From positions 1 through 64,000 of IMG/VR virus record IMGVR_UViG_3300037991_004722: 64,000 nucleotides of DNA; one strand, 5' to 3'. Both the position numbers and the translations under genes were made by a program. Under the pieces are notes generated by a model. That model searched no databases and was not told the DNA's origin. It worked only from the letters and a program-made list of their open reading frames with translations. Shown here in pieces: positions 49,819-60,109 of the stretch. This DNA is from an uncultured virus (IMG/VR IMGVR_UViG_3300037991_004722) (Duplodnaviria; Heunggongvirae; Uroviricota; Caudoviricetes). How positions within the stretch are numbered: the stretch's first letter is position 1; every line of letters begins with the position of its first letter.

Positions 49819-49951
49819 GTGTGGGGTTGCACTTAGGGTGCCAAATGGGACACGATGGGCTCAGGGTAGTACAGCATCCACTCCATAAATAGAAGTGCTG
49901 TAAACGCCATCGTGAAAACAAGAAGAACATCCCAAAAATATTCTGCGTGGT

Positions 49952-50612
49952 TCATTCTTTACTTCTCGCTTCTCGTCTTTGGTTATCGATTCGCGTTCGG
50001 GCTTTTGATGCCAGCGTATGAAGACCTTGCTTCTGCGCTTCTCTCATTACAGTCCGAGGGTCGTACCCTTCGTCCACAAGCTTGGACCAGGGCACTCTCC
50101 TCTTGTGCAGTCGTTCATCAGTAAGGTCCATCACTCACCTTCCTTTTTGTATCTTCCAACTCGTTGCCAGCGGCGAACATTTGTAAGTTGGCGTTCCGCT
50201 TTGTCTAGCTCTCGGTCAATGTCAGTCCATTTCCGGGTTCGCTTTTTCTGAAGTTGATGAACTAAGTCCATCAATCGTTGTTCTTCTGCTTCCAACTCTT
50301 TGCGTGTGTGGTTTTTGCCGTCCTTGATCATCACTCACCTCGCTCGGCAGCGTATGATGCTGCGATGGTTGTCTGCTCAATCGGCGTAAGCTTGGCCCAC
50401 CAGTGGCCAGCTTTGTCGTCGTTGTCCAGTTCAAGACGACCATCCGGTGTCTCGACTGTGCCATTGGAACCGTCACCACCAAGCGGTGTCGGGTTCTTGG
50501 CATCACTGAGGATGTCCCACAGCTTTCGGTACAGGTCAGGCCCAATGCCGCTCAAGCATTCAGCTACCTCGTCAGCGGTCCAGTACTTCAATCCTTCTGG
50601 CATGTTCATCAC
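49952..50612 (-). CDS. three small coupled hypothetical genes (49952-50131, 50131-50331, 50331-50609)
   Basis: each starts at a GGTGAGTGATG junction. Confidence 0.65.
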
Positions 50613-51109
50613 TCACCTCCTTCTGGCCACCAAGACGGGGCCTCTGTTGTTCTGTTCCACTGGGCGAACCCAGCCTTCTCACCGATGTAGAACCGTCGAT
50701 ACGATTCAAAGACATCGTCACTCTTGTACTTGTCAGGCATGCACAACGGGTGCGCTGTGACCTTTCGAGACTTGAAGTCAGGACCACCAAGCCAAGCCAC
50801 GTCTTTGATTACTTTGCGGCAGTGACGAATGACGGCCTCGGATTTGTGGACCTTGCTGTACCGCTCAGTGTACTCGTTGGCTAAAGCCATGCCGTGCTCC
50901 CACAGCCACAGGAAGTTGCCCATGGTCTTACGAGCCCACACAGAGCACGGGTGGTTGACGTGAGTAGAAGCATAGGGCGTCTGCCCACCCAACTCGTTGA
51001 TAACTGTGCAGAGCATTTGTGCGCTCTCCAGGGTCATCTTTACTACGTGCCGGTCACACTGCATGCGTGCTGCGATGCCGGGGTCAGGGTGAAGTACAAA
51101 GATGTTCAT
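50609..51109 (-). CDS. pyrimidine-dimer DNA glycosylase/endonuclease V-like protein
   Basis: MNIFVL...CDRHVVKMTLESAQML...THVNHPCSVWAR. Confidence 0.75.
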   Translation of the reverse strand: MNIFVLHPDPGIAARMQCDRHVVKMTLESAQMLCTVINELGGQTPYASTHVNHPCSVWARKTMGNFLWLWEHGMALANEYTERYSKVHKSEAVIRHCRKVIKDVAWLGGPDFKSRKVTAHPLCMPDKYKSDDVFESYRRFYIGEKAGFAQWNRTTEAPSWWPEGGE

Positions 51110-51520
51110 CACTCACCTCCAAACGGTCTGCCGTGAATCTGACCCACCAACTCATCCGCTGCGTGGTTCCAACTGTCGTCGCACTGGTCCCAATGTGCAG
51201 CCAGTTGCTCTCTGATGAACTTAACGATCTCTGTTTTGTGGCCTCCAAAGTCAGGGTGCAACTCACCCACAAGGATGTTTGCAACCTGTTCGCGGTTCTC
51301 TTTTGTGTTCTTAGCCATCATTCACCTCCCTTTCTGCATCAAGAACGGCTTCGCTTTGGCAGTAGACGCAGACGAAGTACTCAGGCTCGACCTTGTTGAG
51401 GTTCTCAGTCAGGTCACGGTCACCGTCCACGGTCACGTTGATGGTGAACATGGGGCTGTCGTCCTTGTGGGACTCGCACTCAGGGTTGCTACATACGAGG
51501 GTCACTTGGCACCTCCCCAT
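51109..51520 (-). CDS. two small hypothetical genes (51109-51318; Cys-rich ~51311-51520)
   Basis: ORFs with SD junctions; CSNPEC and CVYC motifs. Confidence 0.5.
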
Positions 51521-52092
51521 TGGTCAGCCATGGCATCGGCGATGCCTTGGAATGTTTTGCTGCGAATCTTCCAACGATCTTCGGATGGCGGCAGGTTGTA
51601 CCACTCGGGTAGCGACCGACCGGACTTGGTCACATGGCGTGCTCCCTTGCCCACGACGTTGGTCGGCGTGAGATTTGGTAAGCCCTTGAGCCACAGACAC
51701 GTTGTCTTGGTTGCCTCGTGACCGTACTGCCATGGCTGGATAATCTGGTCAGGCTTGCGCCACTCAGTGGACATGATGCCGACCGGATTCTCAATGGCGA
51801 TCTTCGGGATGTTGGCATTGGCCAGCGCCATGAAGAAGTCGATGCCTTGCTGCTGGCGACCATCGGCACGCTTCGCTGCGAACCAACGAGCACCGCTCAC
51901 CGCAAGGTGCGTGCATGGTGGGAAGGCAATCATCATGTCCCAACCGTCGTCAAGGATGTCGAGCACCGAACCCTGATGGTGTGGACCAGGAACATCGGTG
52001 GGCAACAGGTCACACGACACAGCGTCATGACCCAGATTGATAAGGGCATCGCGGACTGCACCGCTGTATTCACATGCGACAAGCACTCTCAT
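51502..52092 (-). CDS. phage-type DNA cytosine-5 methyltransferase
   Basis: MRVLVACEYSG, SCDL, FPPC, IENP, RSKTFQGIA. Confidence 0.85.
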   Translation of the reverse strand: MRVLVACEYSGAVRDALINLGHDAVSCDLLPTDVPGPHHQGSVLDILDDGWDMMIAFPPCTHLAVSGARWFAAKRADGRQQQGIDFFMALANANIPKIAIENPVGIMSTEWRKPDQIIQPWQYGHEATKTTCLWLKGLPNLTPTNVVGKGARHVTKSGRSLPEWYNLPPSEDRWKIRSKTFQGIADAMADQWGGAK

Positions 52093-52825
52093 GATTTACC
52101 TCCGCTTGAAAGAGAGTCCATGGTCAGACCGATGACGGCCTCTACTGCCTCCCTCGCAGTATCGAACGAACTCTTTGGTGCATAGTCTTCGTCGTATTCC
52201 TCAACCTCAACCTTTGTTGCGCCATCGCGCTCCGCGTGCTCGGCCTCAAGCTCTTTGCGTAGCGCCTCCGTGCGGGCGACATAGGACTCCCACTGCTCGT
52301 TGGCGTTGACCGACTCAAGGCCGGTGACGATTACACTAAGGGCCGCAAGTCCAGCGCGTTGTTTTTCTTCAAAGCTTTGCGCTTTTTCGATTTCCCCCAG
52401 TGCCCGCTTGGCAGTGTTCAGGGCCAGCTTGGTCTCCAAAAGAAAGTTTACCGGGCTGGTGATTGGACTGAGACATTGTTTGCAGTTGTCACTCATTTTT
52501 GTTCTCCTGTGTTTGGTAAGTATGCCATAACCTGATAAAGGTCACGGTCAGATTATGTCCGGCTTTGCTCTTGAAGAAGGTCAACCAAGGTGTCAACCTC
52601 CCAGTCTGTAAGCTCAACCTCGACACGAATGTCCTTGTCTTGCCGGTGAGCAGAGATGACCTCAACGAATGCCCCCAGGCCAGCAGATTCTTCTGCTGGA
52701 AGGAACCTGCCAAAGACATCGATGATGTGCTCCTCCATCAACTCTCCCGTCTCCTCGTCTTCAATCTCACGGACCAACTCAATGGACACGTTGCATGGCT
52801 CCGTGGGCAGTTCGTTTCTTCTCAT
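52089..52825 (-). CDS. two hypothetical genes (52089-52496, 52553-52825)
   Basis: ORFs with SD sites. Confidence 0.6.
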
Positions 52826-52860
52826 CATTCACCTCTACTGTGTATCTGTCTGTGTATGTT

Positions 52861-52966
52861 TGGAGTCGGGGGCATCGCACCCCCGGAGAGTCGCTCGTGT
52901 CTTCTCCCCAGTGACCTGTAGGGCTGGAGGCTTTTAAGCGGAGCCTCGAACCGCACCCTCTCCCGG
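52861..52966 (-). ncRNA. candidate structured leader/sRNA with H-type pseudoknot
   Basis: GCGG-TTC-GAGGCT-CCGC-TTAAA-AGCCTC; GGAGAG/CTCTCC closing helix; CGGGGG-TGCGATG-CCCCCG hairpin. Confidence 0.55.
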
Positions 52967-52975
52967 TTTTACTGC

Positions 52976-53004
52976 TCTCTACCCAGTAAGGAACAGAGTG
53001 TCAA
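52976..53004 (-). promoter_or_regulatory. sigma70-type promoter
   Basis: CACAC-TTGACA-17 nt-TAGAGA. Confidence 0.55.
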
Positions 53005-53012
53005 GTGTGCCA

Positions 53013-54225
53013 CTACTCTACTGAAGTGTCGCGGTCTTCTTCAAGCATAAGGCTGTCGTCGTCGCGATGACCGAACCCAAGGCCTCTCGATGCCTTAAGC
53101 TCTCGAAGCAGAGTGTTGTTGTCAATCTTCCAAACTATCATGGTCTGAACCACGCTCCATCGATTGTCTGTGATGTGGTGAACCAAGTCACGGGGGCCGT
53201 GTGCAAGGTCGTAGTTGTCGTCCTCAGTGCGGACGTAAGGCTCATAAAAGTATGGTTGAAGCATCATGCCTCCATGGTTGGTGCTCACTCTTACAAACGA
53301 ATGGTGAGCAGTTTTCGGATATGGGTACGCTAAGTGGGCGGGTAATCCAGGCCCCCCGCCCTTACCGGCGCTATGACTTAGACCATTCGGTCACCTCCTT
53401 TGAGTGTTGCGGAGCGTCCTCGGCGTCACTCGGTTGATTGTTGGGTAGTGTTCGTTGTTCGGTCTCCCGGTACATTACCGTGCCGCACTCTCCGCATCCG
53501 ACATCGGTCCATGCTCTGAAGTTTACTGTGTATGTTTCGCCGCACTCGCATGTGATGTCGCAGATGTATTTTCCCGTGAATGGGTCATCATTGATTTTGT
53601 GAAACATATCGTAGAGGCGTTTCTTTCTTTTGTTTACCGGCGTCACCCGCACTCGTTTGAGTTCTTTGCTCCGGTCGATCTTTGAGAAACGCAAGTAAGA
53701 TTGGATGATGTATTTCATGTTGTTGCTCGTCTTGTGTTGGTGAAGCGGTGGTGCTTCATTAGGGAGCACGAAGCCCAGCCGCGATGGCAACGTCGACGTG
53801 TGCAGGCATCAGGTCAGGGAACCTGCACACACCCTTCATGTAGGCCTGCTCAAGCACGGCGGTCTCCAACCGCCGACGCTCTACCAGCCTGACCACCTTG
53901 GCGAGGTTCTCGTCGCTGAGTGTTCTGCGACCATTGAACCAATCGACCAACATGTCGAGGGGTTTGTTGTCCACCTCAAACGCAGGGGGCATCACGCACC
54001 CGTCGCACTTTCCGCACTTCTCCATCACTCACCTCCTTCGTCTTTGGTGCGCTGCCAGGCAGCAAATACATCGCCAAGAGTCTTGCCTTCCGGGTATGAC
54101 TGCGCGAGATAGTCCTCAGCACGCAGCCCTTTCTGCGGCGTGTCCGAGTACGGGGCACTGGCATCATCATCATTCCAGTCACACTCATCGTGAATGGTGA
54201 GATCGTTTTCGTCTGGTGTGAGCAT
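53013..54225 (-). CDS. four small hypothetical genes (53013-53267, ~53371-53718, 53759-54025, 54025-54225)
   Basis: co-oriented ORFs, some with CxxC pairs. Confidence 0.5.
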
Positions 54226-54920
54226 TACTCACCTCTCAGTTTCTTGGTGTTGCCTTGCGAGTCGATGCCCGCGCTCAGGTTCATACTCTTTCCGGCATCG
54301 TAGCCAGCGGCACTGTGGCCGTACTCACTCGAAGCCTTTGCGCTGCCGAATGAGAAGTTGCTGTCCACCCACTCGCTCACCGCTTGACTGCGGCTGCGGA
54401 CCAAGGCAAAGCCCTGCACGTTGTCGCGCTCGGCATCCTTGCGGATGTGGTACAGCTTGTGCCTCAGGCCATCCACTGCGCTGCGCCGGAAGTTGTTGCC
54501 GAGTGTGCGCTTGCCCGGCATGCCAGCAGGAAACTGGCTCGTGTACTCACGGGCCTGGTTCTCAATCTGGCGCTCGCAGATAGAATACAGGTACTTCATC
54601 AGTTCAATGTCAGTGCGGTGCCCGTAGATGTGCAAGGTCTGGCCAATGTGGTGGCCTGACAAGTAGGCCATGCGGCAGTTGCAGTGTTGCGCGATGGCGT
54701 TGGCAAGGAGCCTGCGCCACACACTTGAACGGGTCTGAATGCTCTGCTGCTCCATTGGGTCATGTTCAGCAGCACGGTCCACGTCGATGCTCGCCATGTC
54801 GATGGCGTGGGCGGCCATCATTCGGCTGGCGAGCTTCGCGGCGGTCTCCCCCTCAGGGGTGCCGTCTTGGTTCCGGGCGAGGCGCATCAGCTTTTCAATC
54901 TTGGCAATGATTGGGTTCAT
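54225..54920 (-). CDS. DUF2786-family protein
   Basis: KIEKLMRLA...PEGETAAKLASRMMAAHAI. Confidence 0.8.
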   Translation of the reverse strand: MNPIIAKIEKLMRLARNQDGTPEGETAAKLASRMMAAHAIDMASIDVDRAAEHDPMEQQSIQTRSSVWRRLLANAIAQHCNCRMAYLSGHHIGQTLHIYGHRTDIELMKYLYSICERQIENQAREYTSQFPAGMPGKRTLGNNFRRSAVDGLRHKLYHIRKDAERDNVQGFALVRSRSQAVSEWVDSNFSFGSAKASSEYGHSAAGYDAGKSMNLSAGIDSQGNTKKLRGE

Positions 54921-55087
54921 CGCTTGCCTCCTTGGGTGTTGATGGATTGCAGGAGAGCGTCATACGTCTTCTGGTTTCCGATGATGTCTCGCTCTTTACG
55001 AGTCAGGTGTTGAAAGTTGTCGGACACGTCCTCCAATGAGTACCGGAGCAGCGCGTCCTTGATTGCGTTCAGTTCTTGTTGGGTCAT
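54917..55087 (-). CDS. hypothetical 56-aa protein
   Basis: MTQQELNAIKDALLRY..., GGAG SD, ATGA overlap. Confidence 0.6.
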   Translation of the reverse strand: MTQQELNAIKDALLRYSLEDVSDNFQHLTRKERDIIGNQKTYDALLQSINTQGGKR

Positions 55088-55140
55088 GATTCTCCCTTAA
55101 CCGGTTCGGTGAAGTATGGCAAGTGTGCAGTTGATGGTGA

Positions 55141-55162
55141 AGGAAAGCCCCCCGAAGGGGGC
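55141..55162 (-). terminator. UUCG hairpin terminator
   Basis: GCCCCC-TTCG-GGGGGC-TTTCCT. Confidence 0.65.
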
Positions 55163-55169
55163 GGTTGGT

Positions 55170-57223
55170 TTACTCCTCACCGGATTCGGCGAGCATGTCG
55201 GCGAAAGCACGAGCCCAGCAGAGAAGAATCTCGCGGTGGCTCAGAGGCTGCTCGACCCCGTCCTTCGGTTCCTTCCATGGCAGGACTACCCAAGGGTTCT
55301 GTTGGATGCGCTCCCAAGTGTCGGAAGTCAGGAATGCGAACGACCAGCCAGGGTTGTCGGGCGCGGTGACCATGACGCTGCTTTCAGGATGCTTGCCAAA
55401 GGTGAACAGTGCCGATGCGTCGGGATGCTCGAAGCTCACACCATGGCGAGACATTTGAAGGCGGGACTTGCGGAAGCCCAGCTTGCTGAGCCGAGCGGAC
55501 ATTTGACGATTTGTGATGGGTTTGATGGGACACCTCCTGTGTGTCTGGGGTTGGTTGGTTTGCCTCTCACCCTACAGAACGAGAGGGATTATTCTCATGG
55601 ACATAGGTCAGTAGTCGTACCCGTCGATGGGTCCGTCTTCGACGGAGTCGAGTTGAGGAAGCGTAAGCTCCTGCGGGCATCCGCTCTTGCACACTGGCTT
55701 CCCATCGTGGATCTCAATCCAGTCTCCGCACTTGCGGCACTTATCTTCGACCTCGACCATGGTCGGGTTGGGCATGTGGCACTTGCGGCACACATGCAGG
55801 TCACCCCAAAATGTATCGTAAGCGTTGCAGCATTCAGTCAACAGCATCACTCACCTCCTTTAGAGAAGCCGGCGTCCTTGGCGAGGTCCCATGCAGCGTT
55901 TCGCAGGTCCGCTTCAGCCTGTGTGTCATGTCTCGGTTCTTTACCGAAGACTTCAACCCACGCGTCAAACATCGCCATGTTGGAATCCCACTTTTCGTGA
56001 GTCGCGCAACAGCCGTGTCGGTAGTCAGTCGTTGGCAGTGCCGCGTATTTCTTGTTCTGCTCATCAATCCATCGCAACTGGCTATCGGTGCCCCACGTTT
56101 GGATGACACGAATGAATGCATTCGCGAGTTTCTGTACGTCTTCCATCACTCACCTCCCTTGCTAAGTCGTACGTCTGAATGTTTGCTAAATGCGATGATG
56201 AATGGGGCGGCCATGAACAACGGCAGCGCCATGCAGAAGAGGGTGTGAAGGTCGTTGGGGTCAATCATTTGTTGCTCCGGTTGGGGGCTTGCGCCCCAGG
56301 TTGAGGGTTCACCCTTGGGGGCACTTGGTTCCTTGCGTTGTCTCCCACTCGCGGCAGCCTTCGCAGATGTAGCCGCCGTCGATTCGGCTCGTGGCGTTGA
56401 AGGCGATGGGCTCAAGCAGTGGGTTGCTGCACCCTTCGGTGGTGCATCGGAACTGGTGGGTGTGGTTGAACTTGACGATACCGGCAGCGATGGCCGCGGC
56501 CAGTCGGGTATTGTCTCGTGGGTAAAGCATGTTTGCTCCTGTGGGGCACGGGGCCCCGGTTCGGGTTGAGGGTTTAGGCGGTTCGGTTTCTTGCTTCTTC
56601 AAGCAATGCCGCGAGTTCTTCCATGGTCCAGTCTGGCGTCGGTCCTCCGGGCATTAGTCCTCCTCGATGACCGTTACGGTCACGGTGTCGGGGTCGGCCT
56701 CGCAATACTCGCTGACGTTGTCTTCAAGGGCTGGCTCGCCACGACCGATAGCCGCGACGACGCGAGCCTTGAGGGTCTCGGGGTCAATGTTTGTGTCAAA
56801 GTCAATGGTGATTCGGATGGTGTCCATGGTATTTGCTCCGGTTGAGGGTTAGGCGGGTTCGACTGCGGTTGCCCAGCGAAACAGTGGCTCAGGGAGGAAG
56901 CCGCCTGCCCTGAGGTGTTCGGCCATCTCATACAATGATTGGTAGCGGTCACGATTCTGCCCTCGGTGATTCCTTTCATAGCAGGCGTCATACGAGAAAT
57001 ACTTGGCGAATGACGGCTGGCTCTCGTGAATCAAGACAAGCACGGCATTCTCCCCGAGAGTCTCTCCCCGGTTGCGCCACTCCTCACCGGAGAGAAACGT
57101 GACACCCTCCAAGTTCAGGTCCGGTTCGATGGAGGCGATGCGCTCAACGATGCGCGTGGCAGCTTTGAGTGAGTCGCCGGCCAAGTGCGACAGGTTGGCG
57201 GTTCGGATGGTCGATGGAATCAT
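55170..57223 (-). CDS. run of small early genes (55170-55502, 55608-55847, 55847-56146, 56146-56268, 56309-56530, 56574-56654, 56654-56827, 56849-57223)
   Basis: most have a GGAG/GGAGGTGA SD and are bounded by repeated junctions. Confidence 0.6.
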
Positions 57224-57268
57224 GGTTGCTCCGGTTAAATGGTGGGGCGCGGGGCCCCGGTTGAGGGT

Positions 57269-57715
57269 TTAGTAGCCAGCGGCTACAGCGTTGGCGTCGT
57301 AGTACTCGTGGCTGTCCTCGGTCCATTCGGGCCAGCCGGGTTGTTTTTCCCAAGTGGTCACACACGCGTGGGCAGTGGTGCCGTCGTAGTCGGTGAATGC
57401 TTCCCACCGTTCACCAGTCGGGCGGTTCACTGTCGCCGATCGAAGCCTGTCCACAGGGCAGAACTGGACGAACTGGTTGGACATGTAGCCATCGCAGTCG
57501 CTGCCTTCATTGAAGTAGGTGCGGGTGACTTGTTGGCCGTCGTAGGTCCACTCGATGATAGTCCGGTCGTAGCCCTCATCGGTGGGCGTGAATCGGTGGT
57601 GGCGCAAGGTCTGGTCGGGCTTCAGTTCGATGACGACATCGCCGCCGTTCACGTAGTCCTTGAATCGCACCTTGGTGGGAAGTTGCAACATGACTGTACA
57701 CATTCGCATTTTCAT
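57269..57715 (-). CDS. hypothetical early protein
   Basis: 148 aa; PTDEGY...DCDG motifs; GGAG SD. Confidence 0.7.
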   Translation of the reverse strand: MKMRMCTVMLQLPTKVRFKDYVNGGDVVIELKPDQTLRHHRFTPTDEGYDRTIIEWTYDGQQVTRTYFNEGSDCDGYMSNQFVQFCPVDRLRSATVNRPTGERWEAFTDYDGTTAHACVTTWEKQPGWPEWTEDSHEYYDANAVAAGY

Positions 57716-57757
57716 GGTCGCTCCAATGGGGCGCGGGCCCCGGTTGTGGGTTGGGGT

Positions 57758-57841
57758 TTAGTGGCGCGGTGTTCCACAGCAACGGCAGCGTGTGCGGGTT
57801 CCGCTGTTTACTGCTCCGCACTTGAAGCATTTCCAGTACAT
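57758..57841 (-). CDS. 27-aa RanBP2-type zinc-finger microprotein
   Basis: MYWKCFKCGAVNSGTRTRCRCCGTPRH fits W-x-C-x2-C-x3-N-x6-C-x2-C; GGAG SD; bounded by cassette repeats. Confidence 0.8.
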   Translation of the reverse strand: MYWKCFKCGAVNSGTRTRCRCCGTPRH

Positions 57842-57876
57842 GGGGTCTCCAATGGGGCACGAGGCCCCGGTTAGGG

Positions 57877-58581
57877 TTAGGAAGCGTTGCGTTTGGGCCA
57901 TCGACCCGTCTTACCGTCTACCAGTTGCCAAAACGTCTGACAGTCGAACTCCACCCAACCAAGGTCGACCGCACCCTGAAGAACTTCCTGGGGTGTTTTG
58001 CCTTCGGAGTATGTGGGAAACTCGCGGATATCGAACTTCCATGCGTTTGGGCGCGGGTCCATGGTGAAGAAATACGCGGACGGCAACGTGTAGTCGTCGT
58101 CGATGTACGTGTGGTAGATGTTGTATGGAATCACCTGTTGCAGCCCTTCGGGGTGGTCGTCGTATTGACGGACGATGCAAGCAAGGTCGGGGGCCATATA
58201 TTTTTTCAGCCAAGGCATGGGTCGCTCCGGTGATGATAGTGGGGCACGGGGCCCCGGTGAGGGGTAAAGGGTTTACGAGTGGGCCAGTGCGCTACCAAAG
58301 GCGCGATACCATGCGACACAAAGCGGATTCGAGAGTTCAGCTTCGGGCACAGTCCAGTCAACGGGCGCGGCATCCTGAGCATGCAATGCCGCTGCGCGTA
58401 TCTTCGCGAGGCTCGCTTGGACGTTGTACACGCTCGCAGGCATGGCCTTGCCGCTGTCTACGTGAGTGAGGCTGTAGATGCTGCGGCTGCCGGTGATAAC
58501 CAGACCAGCTACACCTGAGGGGCGAGCCCGCACGGTATCAACGCCGCGCGGTCCATCGGTCGCAATTTGAACTGTCTTCAT
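57877..58581 (-). CDS. two hypothetical early genes (57877-58218, 58273-58581)
   Basis: GGAG SD and repeat-bounded. Confidence 0.65.
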
Positions 58582-58608
58582 GGGGTCTCCAGAGTGAGGG
58601 GTGAGGGG

Positions 58609-59310
58609 TTAGGCCGCGCGCTTGGTAGCCTTGCCGGGGCTGTGGTCGATGAAGCCAACGACCGGGCCCGCTTTGGAGCCGTCGCACAACCGGCAGGTGT
58701 TGCAGGTTACAATCTCGGGCTGCAGTTGAGCCGGGCAAACGATGCCCCGGTTGCCATCGGGGGTGTCAAAGGTCCGGCCCTCGAAGTCTTCGGGCAGTAC
58801 AACCACGGCCCGCCACCCGTCCGCAATGGCGGCATCGGCCTGCTCCATCGTCTCGCATGAGGCCATGATATGACCCTTCCAACGCTTCGCAATGTCCATG
58901 GCCCACCCGTGGGTGTAGCCAACCAAGGCGAGCCCTTCGTCCCTGACGGCCTTGCGAATGTACGCCCCATCAATAGGGGAGAGGGCCGCCGGGTCGCCGA
59001 TGGAGCCGAGCCGAACCATGCGAGCGGCCCGCGATGCATTGGCCAGCGCACCCCGGAGGCTGTACCGCTTACCCTTTGCGTGAGCCTTGACCATCGCGGC
59101 ATGCGAGAACGACGGGGTCCCATGCTGCGAATAGCAAAGGGGCTTATCTCCACCGCCCTCACCGCCGTGCTTTTTGTGCAGCAACGGACAGCCGACGGCG
59201 CGGCATGAGTCCAGCGATTCCTCACGGGTTGCCCCGATGGCAATGGTCGGGACGTTGCCTGTCTTGATGTTCTTGGTGGTAGCGGTCGCGAGGTAAGAGG
59301 GGAAGGGCAT
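58609..59310 (-). CDS. Cys-rich phage protein (gp88-like, possible Fe-S/radical-SAM-related)
   Basis: NIKTG, SC..GCPL, CYS, RLGSIGD, GYTH, IVCPAQ, TCNTCRLC. Confidence 0.6.
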   Translation of the reverse strand: MPFPSYLATATTKNIKTGNVPTIAIGATREESLDSCRAVGCPLLHKKHGGEGGGDKPLCYSQHGTPSFSHAAMVKAHAKGKRYSLRGALANASRAARMVRLGSIGDPAALSPIDGAYIRKAVRDEGLALVGYTHGWAMDIAKRWKGHIMASCETMEQADAAIADGWRAVVVLPEDFEGRTFDTPDGNRGIVCPAQLQPEIVTCNTCRLCDGSKAGPVVGFIDHSPGKATKRAA

Positions 59311-59332
59311 GGGTGCTCCGGTGGTTTGTGGT

Positions 59333-59503
59333 TTAGTTACGGTCCCAAAGAACTTCGACAAGCGCGCCAAACAAGTGGACCGAGAGGTAGCCGACCTCTT
59401 CATGCGGGGCGTCGAAGTTGTGAAATACGCCGAAGGGTGTTCGGCCTTTGGTGGGTCCATATGAAAGAAACGTGAGACGCGAACCGAAAAGGTTGATGGA
59501 CAT
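59333..59503 (-). CDS. first early gene, 56 aa
   Basis: CCGGAGC SD then MSINLFGSRLTF. Confidence 0.6.
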   Translation of the reverse strand: MSINLFGSRLTFLSYGPTKGRTPFGVFHNFDAPHEEVGYLSVHLFGALVEVLWDRN

Positions 59504-59799
59504 GAGGGCTCCGGTGGCCCGTACTGTGGGCCAGTTGTCCCCCCTTTTTGGACAGCGAAAAGTAACGGGGGGAACGGGGTTTATTTGAAATGGCCTAACC
59601 GTCCTGTACCTTTTTCTAAAAAAAGTAAACGGGTATACGGTAAGGGTAGAAAGGGAATTTCGGGGGATTGAAAAGGTTCGGCAATAGGTACGGGACGGTT
59701 GGGACAAATCGAGATTGTGCAGGTTTACCCGTGGGTTTTCGTGGGTCCATGGTTCGGGACAGTTTGAACACTTGGCACACCCCTCCGGTTTACGTACAT

Positions 59800-59828
59800 C
59801 ACTTAACCACGTTCGCCGGGTATGGCAA
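59800..59828 (-). promoter_or_regulatory. leftward early promoter
   Basis: CCTGCCCCCC-TTGCCA-17 nt-TAAGTG; same 16-mer as at 61082-61097. Confidence 0.6.
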
Positions 59829-60077
59829 GGGGGGCAGGGTTCAGGACAGGGTACGGGACACGGGGGCCAAAGACCCGCCGAAACTCACCGGGAACCGGAC
59901 AGAATCTGTCACGGGGGAGGGTGCGTCTGGTCGCGCGGGTCGTTCGCGGTCGTTTTTAAAACCCCATCGGCTTAGCCATATCCAAGGTTACAAGCCGGAT
60001 ATCACGCGCCGGGGTTGACAGGTCAAACGAACCGCTGAGGTATCACGCGAGGGTTGAGATTGAGGCCCGACGGACGG

Positions 60078-60109
60078 AAAAAACCGCGTCAGTCTGAGCT
60101 AACCCGCGT
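60078..60109 (-). terminator. intrinsic terminator closing the large RNA
   Basis: CGCGGGTTAG-CTCAGA-CTGACGCGG-TTTTTT. Confidence 0.6.

Larger units (their letters stand above)
56274..59535 (-). repeat. family of about 10 intergenic repeats: stop-(A)ACCCTCAACC-GGGGC hairpin-GGAG-ATG
   Basis: copies near 56274, 56535, 56835, 57228, 57720, 57846, 58224, 58586, 59315, 59508. Confidence 0.85.

Noticed and set aside
55116..56000. 294-aa plus-strand ORF and similar plus-strand ORFs at 50-59 kb
   Set aside because: Antisense to SD-supported minus-strand genes in GC-rich DNA
56274..59535. CRISPR array or integron attC array
   Set aside because: Repeats are degenerate, the spacers are whole genes of variable length, and no cas or integrase gene or attC core sites were seen
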